The position numbers and the translations under genes were made by a program. DNA of 64,000 bases, from the NCBI GenBank assembly GCA_965178125.1, contig OZ237761.1, positions 1 to 64,000 of the forward strand. Reading direction: 5' to 3'. The notes under the pieces are model-generated. The model was given only the letters and a program-made list of their open reading frames with translations, was not told where the DNA came from and ran no database searches. Every line of letters begins with the position of its first letter. The first letter of the stretch is position 1. The DNA is from Bilabrum cf. latius (lineage: Eukaryota). This document shows, piece after piece, positions 37,242 through 49,756 of this stretch.

Positions 37242-40200
37242 ATGTTTCATACTTCCCCTGCAACCCTGCGCTAGATTCCAAGCTTAGTATTCGACGGTTC
37301 TGTTCGAGATCCTGCATCAATTGCTGTGGCCAGTCCTAATGGAATTGAAATAGCAGACTTGCTGAAACTTGAGACATGCGGCGATCGCGTGAAGCACGTT
37401 TCGTCCAGAATTGTCCCTAAGTCTGATTCTGATGCCATCATTGCTCTGGCTAGTACCACAGTGTACCTGAAGGGCTTGGTTGGGGTGCCCATGCTCGCCG
37501 AAATAGGTGATGCAGAGAAGGCGGAAGATATCTCTGGCTCTGAAATCGTTCATATAATTGCTGCAGCTAGAGGCTCCAGCGATGGTCGGGCTGGATCTCG
37601 AGGAAAGGTGCAAATGTATGCTGCCATCCGTGACAATTCTGGCACCCTAGTCGTTAGCAAGCCCATTATTGATGTTCGAACTCCGATCGGTTGCCCTTGT
37701 ACATGCATGGACGTATGTGTGCTGCCTGCCACAGGGTAGAAAGGCAAGGGGTCGAACCGTCAGGCTGCAGGAGTTGGCCGGTCATCAGCCAAGGCTGGCA
37801 CGTTGGACGGCGGTGTGCTGGGCAGCTCTGTTGGAGGCCACACCAAGCCATTAATATGCCTTGCTACAGCGTATGAGGTCGGCAAGAGCGCTGGCGTGCA
37901 CGTGTGGAACCTCTAGCTGTCTCTGTTCGTGTAGGCCGCAGAGGAGCTGCTGGCCTCCTGCGCTGCCCGAGACGGCACTGCCAGCGAAACAGGCGCAGGC
38001 GCAGGCGCGCAAGGAGTTCGTCTTCTGGTGAGCCGTGGCGGAAAAACTAGCATTCTGTCCGAAACATACTATCCGCGGCTGCTGGGCTCAGCCGGAGTCT
38101 CCACCCGCAGCTCGGCAACCTCTGACACGGTCCAGACCGCTGGCTCGAGCGTGCAGCTGCTGAAGGGAAGCGACGCAGCGGGGGTCTCTTTCGTCGGCCT
38201 GAAGCATACCCGTCAGTCAATCCATGCACATGGCGCAGCTGCATTGTCTGGCGAAACCCAGGGGCATGGACGTCACCGCCATCCTACGGTGGTGCTTGCG
38301 GTCGCGTCCGCGGCAGGACCCGTTCTGGTCTTCAATCCCCAGCGGCTGGTGGAGCAGCCCATGTTCAGCTGGACCCCAGGTGTGACGAGTGGATCGTCGG
38401 CCGAAAGCAGCGGAGCAGTCGCAGGCTCCCTCGGTGGCGGCGGGCCGAGGCTGCGGCTCCTCAGCAGGCCGTTCGCCGCGATTGTGCAGGTACTGCCGAG
38501 GCCTGGCGCGGCATTGGCGGCGGCCGCGGCGGGGGACCATACTGCTGGACAGGTGCAGAGGGGACAGCCCAGCAACGGCGTTGGGGGTATCTCTGGGGCG
38601 CGAGGCCAAGACACCGCGAATCAATCCGCCCGTGGACTCAGACTGGTGGGCCTTGGTGCCGCTGCGGCCCCTGCCCGTGCGACCGGGTGGGGCATCTTGC
38701 TAGGGGCCACCCCTTCTGGCGAGCTGGCAGCCTGGGATGTAGGTGCAGCGCTCGCTGAGCACCTGCGGGTGAGTTCCAGACCGGCGCTGGCTGCTTCTAC
38801 TCAGCGAGCAACACGATTTGCCGAAGGTGCGCTGGGTCACCATGCAGTGGGCCTGGGCCTGGGCCTGGGCCCGGGTGCGGGTGCGGGTGCAAGGGAGAGT
38901 CCAGAGGTGGAAGTGCGGCCTGTGTGGCGAGGAACCATGCCGCCTGCTGCAGTGCAAGCAGAGGCATCGGCAACCTGGCGGGGCATCGCACGCGGCGAGT
39001 CAGGGGTTCAGTCTCAGCAGTCAGAAGGGACCGACGGAGTGGATGTGGAAGGGATCGTGGCTCGGTAGCAGCTGGACACTAGGCTTCTGGTGGATGTGCA
39101 CTGGGGGGAGAGGGCCACAGGGGCGCCTCGGAGCATCGGTGCGGTAGCTGCCTGCTGGATGGGCAGCAGGGAGGCGGTCGTGTGGCCGCTCGTGCTGACC
39201 ACTGGGGAGGACGGGGTCCAGCAAGAGCCAGGCAGCGGCAGCAGCAGCCGCCGCGGTGACTTGCAGTCGCTCGGCGGAAGCTCGTTCCATGGATCTGCAG
39301 CTGGATCGGCGGCGGCTGGCGGAGTATCGAGCGCGATATCGCAGGAGTTTTCGTCCGTCAGTCTCCATGCCTCAGCAGCGACACAGGGCTCTTCGCGGGG
39401 GATGCCGAAGCGAGACCTTCGCGCGCTTGCTTGTCCAAAGGGGGCGCTGCTGCGGAGGCTCCCAGCTCCCCCCCTGTAGCTGCGGTGGCTTGATTCTGGC
39501 GAGCTGCCCGCTGCCGGCCGCAGGCATCCCCTGGAAGCGGCCCTGCCTCCCCTCGGTGTTGTGGTCGCTCCAAGCCAGACCGGGCTGCTGCTTGATGGTA
39601 GCAAATTCCCGGAGAGCAATGCCGGGCTACCACGTCAGACCTCAGCAGGAAGCGGTAGCTCATTTCTGGGATCACAGCGGAAACTACCCCTGCTACCGTT
39701 TGGCACGGGGTTTCCCGACCGACACCGCGAGCGCGAGGAACAGCTGGACTTCGAATCGGCTGGCCTGATCGTGATGGCGGTATCTGTGGGTCAGCCCCTG
39801 GCCAACACTGCCGTTGCTATTGCCCCAGGAGGTCACCTGGCTCTCGGTGCAAACGCGCCCAGGTACCAGGCAGGCAACCGCCGCACCGGCGCCGTGGTGG
39901 TGCAGCGGTCTTCGGTGCCTCGGGTGTCACCAGCTAGCAGGGATGAGATCGCATTGATGCGGAGACTGCAGGAAGCCAGCGGTATCGACTTGGTGCCTCT
40001 GCTGGCAGCAGTGGCCAAGGAAGCAGACATGGCGCAGTGCATAGTCCGCTCCATCGAACCGCTGGCCACTGCTGCCACGGACGAAGCTGGGCGCGATGGC
40101 ATGGATGCCAGTCGAGTTTCTCGATAGGCCAGTAGTGGCGTAATGGAATCAGTTCGAACGCCCATGCACCTCTTCTTGCTGCTTGCCAGAGACTGCAGGC

Positions 40201-43200
40201 GTGCCGCCAGCGCGGGTACCCGAGGGCCCGCCTTCCTAAAAGTCCGTCGATCGCTGGCGGCTCGATGGAGAGCGACCGCCCCTGCGCTCCTGCAGCTGCT
40301 GCGTGACCAGGGCAACATGCTGCACGGCAATCAGCGCGCGCGTGGAGCGGCCCCGACGGAGCGGTCAGGCGCGGTGAACGAACTAGTTGAGCTCACGTTC
40401 GCGCTGGCGTGGGCGGTCCGCTCGCTGCTGAGGCGCGACCTGTCCGTGCCTTCGACTGCAGGCAAGTACGCATACCAGGACGGTGCTTTCCCCGAATGGC
40501 GAGGGCTGCTGCCACTGCTCTTTGACGGGTCTCGACACGCCGCATCCCACAGCGGCGCAAGCTCAGCTCCTGACAAGAGCAATCCTGGCACTGGTAAGGC
40601 CCGTGCCAGGACTGCTTCTTCTACAGGTAGCAGTACCCATCACCACGGCAGTCGTGCCTCCGGGACCGTTGGCGAGTCCCCACCTGCTCCTGACTCGAGG
40701 ATAAAGCTGGGATCCCTCGTGGCAGTCTCGTCGGGCGGGCGAGAGGCAGTCTTGGGAGCAATCGGGTGGCCCAAACTAGAGGAGCTGCTTGCGAAACTTC
40801 GGGCCGAGGGCAAGCCTGCGGTCATAGATCCGGAGCACGTCGAGGCAGCCGAGGAGGCGCAAGCGCTGGGGCTGCCCTATGAGCTGGGTTCCTCCTCGCC
40901 TCCTCACCCCGTGGCATAGGGCAGGAACGCCCCAGCTGGAGCGGGGGAAGTGCCCCTGCGGCCACCATCGGAGCCCATCCCCTTGCAGTCACTGCCGCCG
41001 CCTTTGGCGGGAGGCATTGGAGCCGCCAGTGGGTCAGCTATCTCGCGCAGAGGCTCGAAATCAGGGGACACATCTGACGCAAGGCACCGGCACTCGCCCT
41101 CCCACGCCTCCTCGCCGCACGGCCCGCTGCACCGCACCGACTCGGACAGTCTCCTTCAGGACCACTTGAGGGCCTGCGTCAGGAAGCTGGGCCTGCATCC
41201 CGCCGATGACATGCCGGAGACAGCGCAGCCACACAGCGTCGAGCACGGTGGCGCTGTCGCCCCTGGATCCCCGGACAGCAGCGGATTCCCCTTTCCCGCC
41301 GACACCATCGGGCGTGCCGATGCACCGGATTCACCCAGCCGGCGCGAGTGCGGTAGGCCCGGCCCCTCCTTCAACCTGCACGCCTACTTTGACGCGGTGC
41401 TGGACGAGGAGGACGCCTCTCAGCTGTGGGCGAGGGTGCTGCAGGGCGACGAGGCCAGCCAGGCCAACGTAGGCAGGCTGGCCTGGGACGCGGCGTTGCA
41501 CTCGTCACAGCTGGTGCCTAACGTCCCGCTGCCGTCGCTCATTGCCGAGGTGCTGGCCGAAGTTGCCACCCGTCCGCTCCCACCCCCGCTTGCCGGGGTC
41601 ATCGCGACCGCCCTGCGAGGTGCCTGCTACTCGCGGGCAGCTGCCATCGCCGCGTCTCATGGTGCTCCCCGCGCGGCATGTCGCGTGCTGCAGGTGCACT
41701 CTGCGTGGCTCGCTGCGCAGTCGCGCTCCCTGCGCCAGGCAGCCGACGCTGCCGAGCACATGGGCCTCGAGAAGCGCTGCGTGACCTCGCTGCTGCAGCA
41801 GGCAGCCGCGCTTCAGCTGGCAGCCGATCAGCGTACCAGGGCCTCGGATCACGTGGCGGAGTTTCCCGCGCAATTCGCATCGGCGCAGGGCGTCGCCAGC
41901 AAGTACCGCGTGCACGAGGCCGGGGCCAAGCAGGGCGGTGTCATTGGTGCGGATGACGCGCAGGAGACTGCGGACCGCCACAGCCAGATCCTGGAGACCC
42001 GTCCGCAGCTGGAGGCCCTTCGTCGCTGGTCCGTCAAGTGCGCCGTGCACGCGCGGGCGGTGGCGGCTGGGTCTCCGTGGCTCGCTGCCCTGTCGTGGCT
42101 GCTTCGGGGGCAGGTCCTCAGCGTCCTGCCCTCCATGCCTCTTCGCATCGCGGCCGGGGTGTCGTAGGCAAACGCACTGACGCCCCGGATGGGTCCAGTG
42201 CAGACCTTAGAAGATGCAACCGGCCTGGCCTCGTCACCTTCCTCGAGTGGCACCAGGTCACCTGCCGCTAGCATACCACAGGACCCCGCTGCCATCGGCT
42301 CTAGGATCATGGCACTGCAGCACCTTCCGCTGCCCGACCGACTGGGCTTCCTGTGCAGGTTTTGTCCCATCGAGGAGGTGAAGACGGTGGCGCGCGGTGC
42401 AGTGGCCGCGTCAATCCGGCAGGGGAGGCTGGAGGCCCTGCCCCTCACTGGACTTGGTCGGGCCGGGGTGCGGCTGCTGCAGCGGTACGTGGACAGGCCG
42501 GGCCGGGGCGTGTCCCGCCTGCACATCGCGGCGGTACTCGGCGCGTATGCTGCCCCTTGGTCCCTGAACGAGGCCTCGGCGCAGCGGGTGGTGGACTGGA
42601 TGGTGTCCCTACGGCAGTGGCTCAACAGCAGGCGGCTCTGGCAAGCCAGGGCAGCTCTGGATTGCGACCGAGGACGCCTGGCTAGGGCCGCTGCTGCCGC
42701 TCTCCGCGCCCGTGTCCTGGCTGCCTCAAAGAAGAACGAGCCGGAGCAGGAGCATGAGGCCAGCGGTACCAAGCGGACAGGCGCCGGCTCCTCTGGTGCA
42801 TCACCGTCGGCTTCATCTTCCGGTCTCTAGACGCTCAAGCGGCTTGGCAAAGGGCTCGCTCACTCCTCCTCGGCCAAGCGAGGCAGCAGACACTCGGGTC
42901 TGAGAGGAGCAGGCGGGTCGGGCGAGCTCATGCGGGCTCGATTTGCAGCTGCCGCAGCGGCCAACCGCACTCCCAGCCTCCCCGCGCCTCTGGATCAGGC
43001 CTCCGAGGGCCGCGTGCCGCTGGTGGCGGCGAGCTCCCGACGGCTGCTAGCGGGCATGCCAGATCCCGGCTCGGCTCTCCCTTCGGCGTTCGATCCTAAC
43101 CGGGGCTCTGCCATGGGCAGGGAGCCTGTCTCGAAACGATTTCTCCGTGCGCGACGAAGCGCGGCTGCGGGGTCAGCTGGAGAGAGTGCCTAGTCGCAGG

Positions 43201-44336
43201 TTTCCTCAGTCTCGGGTGCGACGTCTGGCACCGGAAGCGACGGACCCCAGCTGGGTCTCGCGGTGAGCGAGGGAGGTGGGTCTGCCACTGTGGCTGGCTC
43301 TGCGGCGGGCAGCCTGACAGACAGCAAGGCTGGGAATGGCGCGCCCGGCGCTGCTGGGGCCAGTGCGACCGACAGTAACACTGGCTTTGCAGCAGGTGCC
43401 GCCAGTGCTGGTCCCAGCGGGCTGCTTGCTTCGGTTATGTAGGTGCGGCAAGATGACAAGGACCGGGCCAACGCGTCACAATCCGCTGCAGGGTCGGCCC
43501 CTGGGTTTGCGTTTGACGCGCAGGCCGCCGCCCTCGTGCTGGCCTCCGCACGCGGTTCCCAGGACGCCCAGGTGCAGGCCAAGTGCGCGCACTGCGGGTT
43601 GGTGCTCGTGCTTCCAGAGCTGATGCGGAAGGGCCGGTCGATGAAGGAGTGGGTCCAGAAGCAGAGGCCCAACGTGCTTCAGTGCATCGCGTGCAAGAAG
43701 GGGCTCCCTCGCTGCTCGCTGTGCTTGCTGCCCATGGGCTGCATCAACCCGATCATGCAGATCAGCGAGGAAGAGAGGAGGAGCAGAGGGGCCGATGCTG
43801 GGCTGCAGAGGGGGCTGCAGCTAGCGCAGGTCTCTCCCATGCGCTCGCCGACGCACAGACCCGTCCAAGTGGGAGCGACTCCCGGGGCGCCTCCTGCCGA
43901 CCCATTGGTTGGCAGCAGTGGTGGCGTGGACGGGGCTTGGGATGCCAGCGCTGTCTCTGTGCTGCCCGCAGCGGCCCGTGCACAGCAGCGCAGCTCCCTG
44001 CCGTTCGGGGACTTCTGGTCCTGGTGCCAGTCCTGTCGCCACGGTGGGCACGCGAGCCACCTGGCTACCTGGTTTGCGTCCAACGACATCTGCCCGGTCG
44101 CGACGTGCGCGTGCAGGTGCAGACGTCTGGACATGCAGGCAGTTGGGTGGCAGGGCACTACCGGTGGATCGGCTGGTGAGGCGCTCGGTGCTACTAATGC
44201 TGCTGATGGAGGAGAAGCCGCCGCGCTGTCTCGGTACGAGGAGGCGGGCACGATCGGGGGCTCGTCTTGGCTAGCTGCTTGGACCATGCCAGCGGCTGAG
44301 TCTGCGGTCGGGAAGACGAGAGGGAGTGGGAGCTGA
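37242..44336 (+). CDS. MIOS: GATOR2/SEA complex subunit MIOS (Mio/Sea4), ~2,364 aa
   Basis: One frame with 12 TAGs, ending TGA. Mio motifs LPLPDRLGFLCRF, GRLEALPLTGL...LLQRYVD and W..SLRQWLNSRRLWQARAALD, and the C-terminal zinc/RING region CIACKKGLPRCSLCL...FWSWCQSCRHGGHASHLATWFASNDICPVATCACRC. Confidence 0.88.
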
Positions 44337-44551
44337 TTGGTAGCCTCGAATCATCGGGGTCGTGCTTCTCATCGTTGGCAGCGCATGGTCTCTCTAGGCC
44401 CAGCTCACCAACACACTGTGCAGGTGGCCTTGTAGGCTGCATGCGACCATTCAAGTTGAGTCCATCCGGGGATAGATGATGAAGATAGATCCGACAGCGG
44501 CGAATAGTTTGGCGCGTCATACAGTATCCACGCGGATACTTCCACCTTAGA

Positions 44552-47500
44552 ATGAAAAGCCGCACAGCAATCCGCAGCAATTCGCATGTTAAGTCTACTG
44601 TGATTCAAAATCCGATGGTCGCAGGGCGAGCATAGCGCAGTTCTCAGCGATCCCCCCTTGCGACCGATACGCCCGCACCGGCGGAATCCGATTCTCAGGG
44701 CCAAGATGCAACTTCAAACGAGTGGAACAACTACTTAGACAAACAAACAGTATCGCTAAAGGTTGCACGGCCACGGGTACGAGTTGATGTTTGCTCTGCT
44801 GCTGTATTTGCGGAACGGCAAGCCAACAAGCAGAATCCAGATGGACTCGCAGGATATTTCGCAAGCACGCTGTCGTGCGGAGCGTGCGATGATCCTACGG
44901 TTCAGTTCAACGTGCTTCATCCAGTTTCGTGTGAGTTCGTACCCAATCAGACCCCCATACCCGCTACAAGAAGCCCTTTCATATGCTCGCGACGGTCTTC
45001 AATGCCATGTCTGCAGTGCGGCTCACACCTGGTTCGCTGACCATGGTGCTTTCAAACCCTGGAGGTGGTACAAGCACCCTGCTGAAGCTTATTTCGGGGC
45101 GCCAGCTTCCGCACGAGGGAGAAGTTATGTTCAATGGATGCAGTTCCGTCGATCTCCAGCGAGTCTCTGGGGCGGACCACCGCAGAATTGCATCGTATGT
45201 GGGCTAGGCTGACGTACACGAGCCAATGTTTTCAACGCGAGAAATGTTTGAAGTAAGATTTTGCATATTAAGCTGCCATGGTGCCCCGCTTAAGTGACTT
45301 GCATGGTTCAATGCAATCTCTAGTCGACGCCACCTGGGCGCAGTTTGCTGCTGGAGCTACGTTTGGAGGCATGCAGCAAGAGATTGCGGATTCTAAAGAT
45401 AGATTCCTATTTCAGCCAGCGGCTCGTGCCACCGCAATGCTCAAACTGCTGCGGTTGGAATCCTGCGCCGACACGAGCGTCGGCAGCGCAACCATTCGGG
45501 GCATAAGCGGCGGCCAGAAGCGCCGAGCGTCTCTCGGAGAGGTGCTCTTGACCGAACCACGGGTGCTTTGTGGGGATGAAATCACCGCAGGTCTTGATGC
45601 TGCTGCTGCCGAAGAGGTGGTGCTCCGCCTCAGGGAGTATGCCCGAGTTACCGACGCGACCGTGGTGCTTGCGCTGAAGCAGGCCACCCCGGGCATGTAC
45701 GAGTTATTCGACGAGGTGGTGCTCCTAAGTGACGGGCACGTGATCTACCACGGGCCTAGAGAGGAGCTCGAGGGAAACCTGGCGGCCAGGGGGTTCCCCC
45801 CGCCCCAGGAGGGGGACTTCTGCGACTGGCTAGCCGCACTCGTCACAGACCCCGCCTTGGCCACACCTGCTGGTCACACGGGACCTGTCCCGACAGCAGA
45901 AGAACTGTCGACTGGTGTCAATGGCTGGTACCGCAGCGACGCCTTTAAGAGGCACGTCGACCGGCGCTCGCCCCCTAGGTCGGCACTGGGGCAGCAGCTG
46001 CTACCCCAGGGGCAAGACCCAAGCGCTGACTACGATGACCTCGGGCTGTTCCTGCGGACAAGCCCAGCCCTTGCCCTGCGGTTCGGAGAGGGTAGTAGGA
46101 TGAATTTCTGTTCGAGGTTCGGCACTATGATGGCGAGGCAGGGCAAGCTGATGTGGAGGCACCCGGTGCTGACCAGGGTCCGCTGGCTCGAGTCCATTCT
46201 GCTGGGGCTGCTGTATGGGGCGGTTTTCTTCTAGCCCGACGTGAACGATTTTGCGCCCAGGCTTGGTGTGAGTAGGCTACGTGTCAATCGATTGTGATCG
46301 TCGAGTGCATTTGCCGAACCCTAGCTCTTCTCTGTGCTCGCCGGTTTCTATCATCTCGACCGCTCGCAGCTCGCAACTGTAGCGCTGGTGCACGTTGCTT
46401 TTGATTTTGCCGTGAGTATTCCGAACGCCACTGTGCCATGCATTTGCTAGACATCATAGGCGTGCGGACGTCATGTGGCTGTATTCTGCTCATTTGCTAG
46501 TTCCGCAGGAAGTGCACGCTGGTATTGACGGCAGAGCTGTGGCGTACAAGCTCTCCCGGTCGGGCATATTCGACGACTTCATGTACATCCTTGCAGTCTG
46601 CCTTGTGCATGCCCCAGTCGCCCTGATCAACGGACTGTGCTTGACTGTGTGCGTCTATTTTCTTGCCGACTACTCACTGGAATTCACTCGATTCATGGTA
46701 TACTGGGTGGTGCTGTTCAGCGCACAGATGGCAATGTCTGGTTGGTTTAGGATGCTGACTTACATCAGCCCGTCGTTTGAAGTGGCGCACACGCTTGGCG
46801 GCACTGTAGTTGGAATCTTCCAACTGACGGCGGGATTCCTGGTGACCCGCACCAACATCCCCATGTTTATGCGATGGCTTTACTACGTGAACCCGCTCAG
46901 CTGGGCGCTCCGTAGCCTGGCATTGAATGAGTTCTTCGCTACCAGGTACGACAAGCCTGTGGAGCTGGGCATAGAAGGGATACGCAACGGGACGGTGGGT
47001 CTACATACCTACCAAGCCATGCAAAACAACTCGAGCACGCTTAGAAAGCGAGAGGCCTTCCTAGCCGTCTTCGACATCGAGGATGATTCGTAGCTGGCGT
47101 GGATGTGGGGAGCTGTGGCGTACATGCTGGGCACATGGTTCCTCTTCGGCATCGTTCTGTCCTACTTTGCTCTGGCCAGCTGCAAATATGACTCGAGGCC
47201 GGGGACGCAGCGAGTGTATGACGAAGGCATCCGCAGGCAGCTCTCAAGGAGGCGCTCCTTCATGCGAAAGCAGTCCCTGTCTACCGCGCGGTCCATCAGC
47301 TCTGCCAAACGGGCTGCTACTGGACCGAGCGCCAGCACCGAAGAGGACGAGTTTAACATGGTAGGGGGCTTCAACAGAACCAACGCGGCTGACACGTTGG
47401 AGTTAGACACAGTCGAGCTTGATGCAGGCACCACCACGTCCTGCCATGAAGAGCCGTTCCATGTGCCTTGTCCTGCCAGTTCAGACGTGGAGAGATCTGG

Positions 47501-49583
47501 TTCAAGCATTCAAGACGGGAACGTTCAGTGTGTCCCGGTCGAGCTGGCGTTCAATGACATTCAGTACGTGGTATCTGTGCCTTCTTCAGGCAGTAACCGC
47601 GCAGGCACCGCACTCTCGGAATCATAGCAATTCCATGCATTTGATGCTCTTCGGGCGTAGGCAGGGTATACCCATGTAAATGGCCGTGCGGGTGGTATCG
47701 GCTCTGGCCCCATCGCTGATGGCGGTGCCAGTCAGCTGCCACTGCTCCAGGGAGTATCCGGTATTTTCAGACCAATGCGTCTAGTTTGCTTGATGGGTGC
47801 GTCAGGCGCGGGAAAGACAACATTACTGGATGTACTCGCTGGCCGCAAGACCCAGGGCACGGAATCAGGCGTCGTTCGTCTAAATGGGCGGCCAGCATCG
47901 AAGCAATAGCGGGCTTCCTTGACTGCATATTGCGAGCAGACCGACCAGCACTTGCCGACATTAACGGTCGAAGAGTCACTGGATTTCTCGGCTAGGCTGA
48001 GGCTAGACGCAGATACTGCAGAGAACGAGAGCAAACGGCACGCAATCGTGAGCCATGTTATGGAACTGCTTGAGCTAGACTCCATCAAAGGCCGGCCTGC
48101 TGGCTCTCTGTCTGTCGGCGAGGCCAAGCGCCTCACCATCGGCTGCGAGCTGGTGGCCAACCCGAGCCTGCTCTTCCTGGACGAGCCAACTACAGGGTTA
48201 GACTCTAGATCTGCCGTGCAGGTGATGCATGTGCTGCAGAATGTGGCACAGACAGGTCGCACCGTGGTTTGCACGATCCACCAGCCGAGCTATGACGTGT
48301 TCACATCCTTTGACGACGTGCTACTGCTAGCCAAGGGCGGGCGGCAGGTGTACTTCGGTCCCATTGGCGACCACTGTGAGGACCTGGTGAGGCACATCGA
48401 GGCACATCCAACTGCTACACTGCGCCCGATCAGAGTAAATCCGGCAACTTGGATGCTAAATGAGCTGGAGGCGGAACGGGAACGAGTGGACGCATTATTG
48501 GCAGGCGGCGGTACATCCGGTACGGAGGGCCAACCCCTGGTACTTAAGCAGCTCAGATCGAGCCTCCTTTTTGAGACGTTCAGGGACTCCTAGGCATTTG
48601 CGTCTTTATCCCGGGAGCTAAAGCACAGCTAGGCTGCCCATTCATCCGCTGCCGGGCGCACGCAGGCTCGCACCAGCAAGTTAAACGACCTGGCTAGATT
48701 CGCGGCTGTCCTAGAGAGAACCTTTACGGACAGCTACCGTGATATAACCTTCAATGGATCAAGGTTTACAACCCTAGTTATGCTTGGACTCATCTTTGGC
48801 TTGCTGTTTTTCGGGTTAGATTTCACGTCAAGTCAAGGCGGCGTGCTATCCATGGTTGGGGTGCTGCAGAGCATGGCATCCTACAGCGGGATCCAGTCAC
48901 TTGCGGCGCAGGTGGTGCTACTATACAAGTATAGACCGAACTTCTACAGAGAGAGGGCACTTGGGATGTACGGCACCACGACCTACTACCTGACTATGGC
49001 ACTGAAGGAGGTCGTGTACCTCGCCTGTCTTTGCGTGGTATTCACTCCGATTGTGTACGCCTTCGTTGGGCTTCGGTTCGACCAGATCAGCGTGTTTGCC
49101 GAGACGATAGCCAGCGTATTCATCGTGGGGTTGCAACTGTCCCTCATGTCACAGTTCTTTGCTGTGGCTTTTTCGAACGTGCACACGGCCGAGTTTTTCG
49201 TCGGGGAGCTGTTGCTCATCCAGACCATTTTCAACGGGGTATTCACGTCGGGCGTACAAAACTACAAACCTGCTCTGCGCTGGCTGGCGTACCTGAACCC
49301 ACTCTTTCTCGTAAATGTGCCTCTGGCCCTAAACTAGGCTCACTGCTTCGATGCTGGGCCCCCGGCTGACGAACTAGCTCGTATTGAGGCCGGGTGTCCC
49401 ACAATTTCCGTGGTGAACAACGGTGTCGAGCTGGTGCAGACGGTGGAAGGTTATGTAGAGCAGCTAGTGGACGCGACCTATGCGGAACGTTGGAAGTACT
49501 ACGTCGGAATATTGGCGATCACTGCTGGGTACCAGGCCCTTGGGTACGTGCTTGGGCAGGTGCTTGACTTCTAGAAGCGCTGA
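44552..49583 (+). CDS. Full-size ABCG / pleiotropic drug resistance (PDR)-type transporter, NBD-TMD-NBD-TMD, ~1,551 aa; exons 44552-44930, 45017-45252, 45344-46267, 46370-46411, 46509-49583
   Basis: NBD1: [14 protein letters not shown][TAG][28 protein letters not shown]2: [74 protein letters not shown]. Two TM blocks; C-terminus LDF[TAG]KR-TGA. 11 in-frame TAGs. Start could be 44615. Confidence 0.93.
44931..45016 (+). other. Spliceosomal intron (86 nt, phase 1)
   Basis: GTGAGT...CTGCAG. Removal gives [20 protein letters not shown], matching the PDR pre-Walker-A segment. Confidence 0.8.
45253..45343 (+). other. Spliceosomal intron (91 nt, phase 0)
   Basis: GTAAGA...GCGCAG. Removal gives STREMFE|FAAG (family pattern TVRETLEFAA). 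Confidence 0.85.
46268..46369 (+). other. Spliceosomal intron (102 nt, phase 0)
   Basis: GTGAGT...TCGCAG, preceding a 42-nt hydrophobic exon [14 protein letters not shown]. Confidence 0.72.
46412..46508 (+). other. Spliceosomal intron (97 nt, phase 0)
   Basis: GTGAGT...CCGCAG. Removal gives [18 protein letters not shown] (family pattern AE......R.VFYK). Confidence 0.75.
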
Positions 49584-49756
49584 GGATCCGGAGGATATGG
49601 TTCTGGAAGATGGAGACGACTAAATGACTGCCATGTACGTCCATGTGAACTCATTACGTAACTTACTATCAACTCTGCAGAGGAGAGACTCCATTTTATC
49701 TTGCTGCAGCCTGTCAACATGGGTGGGTCGGTCCACACAGATGCATTACTAAGCTC

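Noticed and set aside
45205-45207. TAG rescued by RNA editing (A-to-I giving Trp, or U-to-C giving CAG)
   Set aside because: Conserved columns call for Gln, not Trp. U-to-C editing systems also repair TAA/TGA and are organellar. Not formally excluded without RNA data, but much less parsimonious.
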